In this document: in pieces, positions 9,545-15,027 of the stretch
Numbering within the stretch: the stretch's first letter is position 1
Layout of the letters: the number at the start of each line of letters is the position of its first letter
Assembly: GCA_964525635.1 (NCBI GenBank)
Contig: CAZGJX010000100.1
Span: 1-15,027, forward strand
Direction: 5' to 3'
Length of the DNA stretch: 15,027 nucleotides
Origin: an uncultured archaeon
Lineage (GTDB): Archaea; Asgardarchaeota; Lokiarchaeia; Sigyniarchaeales; SOKP01
The notes under the pieces: generated by a model
The model's database searches: none
The model's input: the letters and a program-made list of their open reading frames with translations, nothing else
What the model was told of the DNA's origin: nothing
Program-made: the position numbers and the translations under genes

Positions 9545-9699
9545 AGATTAATTCAATATGATATAAAATTTATTTTTTTCACTATTTTAGAATTGTATCT
9601 ATAGAACTGAGAATATAGATTAATATTATAATTAATATGATAAATTTGAAGAAATTTAAGTGAAATTTAATAAATTAAAAATATAAGTATTAAAAAAAA

Positions 9700-10362
9700 T
9701 TAATCAATTTCAACTAATTCTGTTTTGTTTGCTTGATTTATAGCTTCTTTTAGTCTATGTTGCCAAGTATGTATCTTATCAATCTCATCAAAAACTTCCC
9801 GCTCATCAAAACCATAATCTGTATTTTCCTCAACGTTGTAGAAGTCAATGTATTCTTTTTCAATTTTATGGCCTTGTTCACTTAATGATTGTTTTGTTTT
9901 ATAAACAGGAAATATTGAACGCCATTTAAGGATTGTATTCGTGCTTTCTAACACCTCTACTCCTTTAGCTGCTCTAGGAATTGACTGAGAAGCCTCCTCT
10001 ACTTTAGGAGCAATGTCATTTTTTAATACAATTAACTCAGGGATAGTTAATTCTACCTCATCACCATTTAAATCAATTAATTTAGCCTTTGCTTTCTGAT
10101 TTGTCAAAGAAATTCTTAATGCAAGCTTCTTATCTTCATCAATTAATTCCTTGATTTTCTTTTGACATTCCTCAATAGTATAATTTCGCTCAAAATTTTT
10201 TTTTGATCCTAGAATTGGATCAAATTTTTTCTCTCCCTCAATTTCTTTTGTCTGATATTTTAGAGTCTCCCGTCCAGCAAGTTTTAAACGATTTATCCAA
10301 TTATTAAATTCATTCTCAATTTGTTTTCGACGAGAAAATCCATCTCCTAATGAAAATGTTAT
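9700..10362 (-). CDS. DIP1984-like long helical/coiled-coil protein, 220 aa, ATA start
   Basis: The frame is open for 85 codons upstream of the listed TTG at 10107, back to TGA at 10369-10371. GAGGTG (10375-10370) lies 7 nt before ATA. Motifs LGDGFSRRKQI, LALRISLTNQKA, LTIPELIVLK and EID..LKEAINQANKTELVE parallel the DIP1984-family pattern as I recall it. Confidence 0.8.
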   Translation of the reverse strand: MTFSLGDGFSRRKQIENEFNNWINRLKLAGRETLKYQTKEIEGEKKFDPILGSKKNFERNYTIEECQKKIKELIDEDKKLALRISLTNQKAKAKLIDLNGDEVELTIPELIVLKNDIAPKVEEASQSIPRAAKGVEVLESTNTILKWRSIFPVYKTKQSLSEQGHKIEKEYIDFYNVEENTDYGFDEREVFDEIDKIHTWQHRLKEAINQANKTELVEID

Positions 10363-10383
10363 TCTTCTTCACCTCTTTTATAT

Positions 10384-10583
10384 ATGGGTGTCAGTGAGGT
10401 CCTCATGGCAAGTAAGAGCCATTGGATGATTTTAAATATATCTCTTTATAAAAATTACTTTTTAATCTATACCTAATCAGGTCTACGTCAAAAGCATGAC
10501 TGATGCTTAGGTCGACTGCCTAAAGTTTTTTAACAGATATTTATCAGTTTTACATCTTACTATTCGATCCGCACTGACAACAT
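10384..10583 (-). ncRNA. putative ~200-nt structured ncRNA or 5' leader of unknown family
   Basis: Nested complementarity at 10389-10396/10572-10579 (8 bp), 10411-10417/10555-10561 (7 bp), 10438-10443/10535-10540 and 10457-10461/10522-10526. Hairpins at 10405-10422, 10471-10482, 10492-10508 and 10508-10522. Locally GC-enriched, and it begins at the expected distance from a TATA box. Confidence 0.72.
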
Positions 10584-10599
10584 TAATAATATTTTCCTA

Positions 10600-10614
10600 T
10601 ATTTAAATCTTGCG
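10600..10614 (-). promoter_or_regulatory. archaeal BRE/TATA promoter for the ncRNA-DIP1984-like unit
   Basis: The minus strand reads CGCAAGA-TTTAAATA. The TATA box (10607-10600) starts about 24-28 nt before the 5' end of the closing stem. Confidence 0.6.
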
Positions 10615-10621
10615 AATTAAA

Positions 10622-10656
10622 TGGGATTAAATTGGGAATTGGGATAAAAATGGGAA
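10622..10656. promoter_or_regulatory. tandem operator-like repeat (4x TGGGA; two 17-mers at 18-bp period)
   Basis: TGGGATTAAATTGGGAA (10622-10638) and TGGGATAAAAATGGGAA (10640-10656) are 15/17 identical and lie immediately upstream of the BRE. Confidence 0.65.
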
Positions 10657-10838
10657 AAATCTAAGAATATCCTTCAATCTATTAATAATATAATTATAAT
10701 AATTAGCTTTTTTTTAATATAAGTGAGTATCTCAAAAATGCTAAAAATGAGGATTATAGGTCCCTAACCACTATTTATCCTTACATACTTAAATAGTATT
10801 AATCTCTTATATTATTTAATAATTTTTAAGGTGATATT

Positions 10839-10961
10839 ATGAAGGATCTCGAAGATGGAAAAAATGGACTATTTGATAGCCAAAAAGTATTATTTGGAAA
10901 ATTAAAAAAAATATGTCCAAATATTCTAAAATTATTATTTTTTATTCATCAAATAAGATAG
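10839..10961 (+). CDS. short ORF (40 aa) or decayed gene start
   Basis: SD AGGTGA 4 nt before ATG, then MKDLEDGKNGLFDSQKVLFGKLKKICPNILKLLFFIHQIR*. No motif. Confidence 0.3.
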   Translation: MKDLEDGKNGLFDSQKVLFGKLKKICPNILKLLFFIHQIR

Positions 10962-11451
10962 ATTAATTGAAATAATACTATTATTCGTTCATGAGATTCC
11001 CAAGGGGATAAGAAATGATAAATTGAAGAAAAAATAATAATTAACTACAGGGTAGAGTATATTAATTATAATTAATCTTTATTGGACCGATACTATCTCT
11101 ATGCTTAGATATTTTCATGTTATAACCTGGATTTGTAAATTATAACGACAATTATTCTTTAATTAGTGCTATTTTGTTTAGTTTAAAAAATCTTTTTTGT
11201 CCAATTTTCCTTCAAAAGTAATTATCATTTTCTATCATAAAATGTTTGAATTCGATCATTTTCTCAATTTCATTTTTTTCAAATTAGCATTTGTTATAAA
11301 CAATAAATTTATATATTAGGTTCAATACAATACACTTACAAGGTTTAAATCAATAAATTAAACTAACAAAACAAAAGCAAAAATAAGTCATACCTCGGAG
11401 TAAGAAAATCTCCTTAAGATCATTTTAAATTAAATTAGGTTTAGAAAAGAT

Positions 11452-11907
11452 ATGCATGTTTATGAAGTAGGAATTATAATTGGGGGTGTTCCCGTGATAA
11501 CTGCTAATTATATAAATCCTAATGAAAGGGAAGTAGATCTAATTCATAAATGTGCATTGTTATCATGTATTTTAAATTTTGCAGATATATTAATTTCTCC
11601 TGTAGAATATTTCGAAAGCAATAAGTATTGTTTTATTTTTAAAAAAGATTCGATTACAGGATCAGATTCAGAAGAAAATGAAATTTATGCGTATTTTGTT
11701 TCAAATAAATATAAAGACTATGCTAAACATGTTAAACCCAAATATTATCCTATATTAGTGCAAATTCTAAATGAATTTAAATCAAGGTACGATGGATGGA
11801 ATTTTGCATATTCTTCTCAGTTTTTAGGTTTTAAAAATAGAATTGATTCCATTCTTAGATCATCAACAAAAACAATGGAAGAAAAAGTTGAAATGCTATT
11901 TTACTAA
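11452..11907 (+). CDS. longin-like domain protein (Asgard eukaryotic-signature type)
   Basis: beta-beta-alpha-beta-beta-beta-alpha-alpha pattern with VGIIIGGVPV, D.IHKCALLSCILNFA, ILNEFKSRY and QFLGFKNRIDSIL. This resembles the Asgard longin consensus (G.P...D..L.SG.LSAI..F...F...Y...F..F...ID). Confidence 0.7.
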   Translation: MHVYEVGIIIGGVPVITANYINPNEREVDLIHKCALLSCILNFADILISPVEYFESNKYCFIFKKDSITGSDSEENEIYAYFVSNKYKDYAKHVKPKYYPILVQILNEFKSRYDGWNFAYSSQFLGFKNRIDSILRSSTKTMEEKVEMLFY

Positions 11908-11951
11908 CCTTTCAAAATAAATCAAATTTATTTTTTTTTAAGATTTCTTTC

Positions 11952-12467
11952 TTAAATAATCCAAATAATCATAGCTATTATTATACTCAAAAGAATTAAA
12001 AGTATTGTTCCTTTCATATGGGCAATAGCATGGATAATCCTAAAATCTTTATATTCTTTATCTTTCATACCTTCAGTTCCGGGAATTATAACAAATTTAG
12101 GTGTTATTGTGCCAACAATAATCAAATCAAGAATAACTAAATCAGCGATGTTTCCAAACATAATAATTATAAAGATGTTAAGAAAAGCAGAAAAAAAATC
12201 TATTTTTCCCTTATATAGGACATTCTCTAATACTATTGTGGATATAATTGGAAAACCTAGCCCAATAAGTAAAAAGAAAATATAAATAACTATAGCTTTT
12301 TTCTTTTCTTCTTTTGTTTGAGGTAATACTTTTTCGGTAATATCCTTTGTATAATCACTGAATCCCCATACACGTGGGCTAAATCTAATCATTATAAATA
12401 ATAAATAGATAGTCAAGATAGTAGCAAAAAATAAACCATTTAATAAAATATATATCCATAGATCCAT
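11952..12467 (-). CDS. integral membrane protein (~4 TM) of unknown function
   Basis: Four hydrophobic segments plus a conserved-looking motif N..DL.ILD...GTITPKFVIIPGTEG...YKDF..H. Confidence 0.8.
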   Translation of the reverse strand: MDLWIYILLNGLFFATILTIYLLFIMIRFSPRVWGFSDYTKDITEKVLPQTKEEKKKAIVIYIFFLLIGLGFPIISTIVLENVLYKGKIDFFSAFLNIFIIIMFGNIADLVILDLIIVGTITPKFVIIPGTEGMKDKEYKDFRIIHAIAHMKGTILLILLSIIIAMIIWII

Positions 12468-12765
12468 AATTCTTTAAAAGTTTTTAGTGCCACCTAAAAT
12501 AATCATTAATATGGATAATAATATTTAAATTATAGCATATTGGAGTAATATATGAAATTAAATCAAAAAATTAAAATATTAAATTCTTATTTTAATAAGC
12601 TATTTAGAAATTTTTGAATCTAAAATAACTTTACTATCAATCATTCTTTAATATTCAATAGATTTAAATCATAATATATTTTAAATTGTGTCTAAAAAAT
12701 TCTAATTAATTATAATCATAGAGATCTCTGATTAAATTTAATAAAAATTACATTTGTAAATAATT

Positions 12766-14666
12766 TTAAGGGGATATTATTATCTCAACATTTTTCTTTT
12801 TCAAGCATTCTATAGTAGATTTCGTTGTTGAATTTAGGTTTTTTAACAATGGATTACCATCTAGACTAATTCTTCTGAGATTTTTTAACTTTCCTATTGC
12901 TTCTGGAAGTTCTGTTAGTTGATTATTACTTATATTAAAATACTCAAGGTTCCTCAATCTCCCTATTGATTCTGGAAGTCCAGTTATTTGATTATTACTT
13001 AAATAAAGCTCTTGAAGTGATATTAAGTTTCCAAATGTTTCTGGAAGCACTGTAATTTTGTTATCACTTATGTCAAAATATCTGAGGTTTTTTAAGTCTC
13101 CAAAAGTTTTTGGAAGTTTTTAATTAGATTATTGCTTAAATAAACATCCTTAAGAAATGCTAGTTTTCCTAGTGTTTCTGGAAGTACCGTTAATTTATTA
13201 CTAGATAAATAAAGTAATTGAAGTGCTGTTAATTTTTCTATAGATTTTGGAAGTTCTGTAATTTGATTTTCTTCTAAAAAAAGTTTTTTAAGTGAAGATA
13301 ATTTTTCTAATGTGTTTGGAAATTCGATTAATTGATTGCCACTTAAACCAAGTATTATAAGTGATGTTAAATTTTCTAGGTATTTTGGAAGTTCTGCTAA
13401 TCTATTACTATCTAAATGAAGCATTTGAAGTAATGTTAGTTTTCCTATTGTTTCTGGGAGCTCTCCTAACTTATTATTACTCAAATCAAAAATCCTAAGG
13501 TTTGTCAAGTTTCTAACTGATTCTGGTAAAGTTAATAACTTATTTTTCCCCAAATCCAATTGTTTAAGATTTTTTAAGTTTCCTATTGTGTCTGGCAAGG
13601 TTAATAACTTATTATTCCCCAAATCTAATTGTATGAGGCTTTTTAAATTCCCTATTGCTTCTGGAAGTTCTTTTATTTTATTGTCATACAAATTAATTCT
13701 TTGAAGTGATTTTAATTCTCCAATTTCTTCTGGAATTAATGTCAATTGATTTTCTTCTAAAAACAATTTTCTAAGAAAAGATAAATCCCCTATTGTGTTA
13801 GGAAGTTTTGTTATTTTATTGTCTCCTAATTGAAGTTTTTGTAGTGAAGTCAATTTTCCTATTGTTTTAGGAAGTTCTGTTAGTTGATTTCTATTTAAAT
13901 AAAGCTTTTGAAGTAATGACAAATTACCTATTGCTTCTGGAAGATTGATTATTTGATTATAAAATAAATTAAATATTTTAAGCGATGTTAGCCTTCCTAT
14001 TATTTCTGGAACTTCAATTAGGTTTGACCTAGATAAATCAAGTCTATTTATATTTAATTTATAGACTATATCTCTTGCTATTTGATCTCCTAAATCTACT
14101 AATTTTAGTAATATAAAATAAGACATATCTCTCGATTCATCATCTATATTTTCAAGCTGGTGCTTCAATTTTGGATTTTTATCAAGAAAGATAAAGTCAA
14201 TCTCATTGTTATCAAGATATTTGAGATATTTTTCTTGAATAAAAAAAAAGAGACAGGGTATATGTCCATAATGAAATTGTTTTACAATCTCTTCTTTAAA
14301 TACTTTTTTAGCAAGCGGATCTCCTATTTCAGCTAATTTTTTAAGGAGGGGAAATGAAAGATTTGAATGAAGTAATTTTGTATTATATTTCTGTTCATAC
14401 CATATTTGAAGATTAGAACAATGGCCCCAAAATTCAGTCTTAGGAGGGATTATAACATCTGAATTTACTGGCTGTTCTAATGAAGCATTTAATCTCTTGA
14501 CAATTTCATCAATTGAATCTGAATCATTGATAACTTTTAATTCTTTAATAAGGATTTCCAACAATAAAAATTTACATTGATTAAATCGCTTTCCGTTTAC
14601 ATAAATGATTGTTGAATTGTTTTCTAATCTTAAAGAAAGGTGTTTATTTACATAAAATTCTTTCAT
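12766..14666 (-). pseudogene. leucine-rich repeat protein (Lokiarchaeia-type N-terminal domain + 18 LRRs of 23 aa), split by a 1-nt frameshift at 13117-13121
   Basis: N-domain EFYVNKHLSLRLEN...QCKFLLL...EFWGHCSNLQ...LLHSNLSFPLLKKLAEIGDPLAKKVFKEEI. Adding one A to ATT-AAAAA-CTT-CCA joins the two listed ORFs with perfect LRR register (NNLIKKLPKTFGDLKNLRYFDISDNKITVLPETFG), giving 633 aa. Confidence 0.9.
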
Positions 14667-14840
14667 TTATTATTTTGAAAAATATTTGTATGATTATTTA
14701 CTTTTCTAACTACTATGAAATAGGTCATTTTTATAATTAACAAGTAATAGGAAACTTCATAATGATTATTCTAATAATAATAATAAACCAAGAGTCTATC
14801 TAGTTTTTATCTGTATATAATATTTATCGAATTACCAAAT

Positions 14841-14963
14841 ATAAAAAAGTGTAAATTTGGAACAATTTGGTCATGGATATATGGTTTTGATAAAAAAAAT
14901 ATATCAATTACCCCCGGAAGTCCATGGCGAAATGATTTCAAGAATTATAAATTATTTTTTTAA
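14841..14963 (+). pseudogene. C-terminal remnant resembling peptidase C45 / acyl-CoA:6-APA acyltransferase (Ntn hydrolase)
   Basis: Reads KFGTIWSWIYGFDKKNISITPGSPWRNDFKNY, similar to the FGTxWS..YD...G.P...F tail of that family. No ATG; an in-frame stop lies upstream at 14784-14786 and a T-run follows. Confidence 0.4.
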
Positions 14964-14975
14964 TTTTTTTTTTTT
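14964..14975 (+). terminator. oligo-T tract, archaeal-type terminator
   Basis: Run of 12 T directly after TAA at 14961-14963. Confidence 0.35.
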
Positions 14976-15027
14976 ATTTATAACGCATTATATTTTTAAG
15001 GTTTTTTCATGTCATTTCTTTTTTATC

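Noticed and set aside
10384-10583. tRNA, RNase P RNA, SRP RNA, CRISPR array or MITE
   Set aside because: There is no T-loop or D-loop consensus, no RNase P GAGGAAAGUCC core, no SRP helix-8 motif and no repeat-spacer pattern. The terminal complementarity is short and interrupted, has no evident target-site duplication, and coincides with a promoter-defined start. A MITE cannot be fully excluded without a genome-wide search.
12766-13050. Independent 94-aa LRR gene
   Set aside because: It is the frameshifted C-terminal part of the 13092-14666 ORF. Its GTG start falls mid-repeat.
12860-14050. 69-bp periodic DNA repeats as a CRISPR or other non-coding array
   Set aside because: The periodicity is fully explained by the 23-aa LRR coding units.
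14974-15027. 3' end of a minus-strand gene entering from the right edge
   Set aside because: Only a few codons are visible and stops occur in all three frames, so it cannot be assigned.

Overview
Very AT-rich archaeal DNA, most likely Asgard (Lokiarchaeia/Promethearchaeia-like), judging from a lineage-typical LRR protein, a longin-like protein, GGTGA-type Shine-Dalgarno (SD) sites and TTG starts. The left half is a stress/osmoprotection block: an ArsR regulator, a fused trehalose-6-P synthase/phosphatase, a TreT-like glycosyltransferase with a premature stop, and a degenerate USP. It is bracketed by two inverted, near-identical copies of a small ORF that the ORF track misses. The right half holds a cellobiose 2-epimerase, a longin-like protein, a membrane protein and an 18-repeat LRR gene split by a 1-nt frameshift. 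The most striking element is at 9700-10656 on the minus strand. A tandem TGGGA operator and a TATA box precede a ~200-nt, GC-enriched, extensively base-paired non-coding RNA (closing stem, pseudoknot or switch helix, three-hairpin apical domain, Y-RNA-like UCGAAUAG motif). This is followed directly by a strong SD and a 220-aa DIP1984-like helical protein that can only start at ATA. It is a candidate undescribed ncRNA-protein module. All family assignments come from motif recognition, not database searches.
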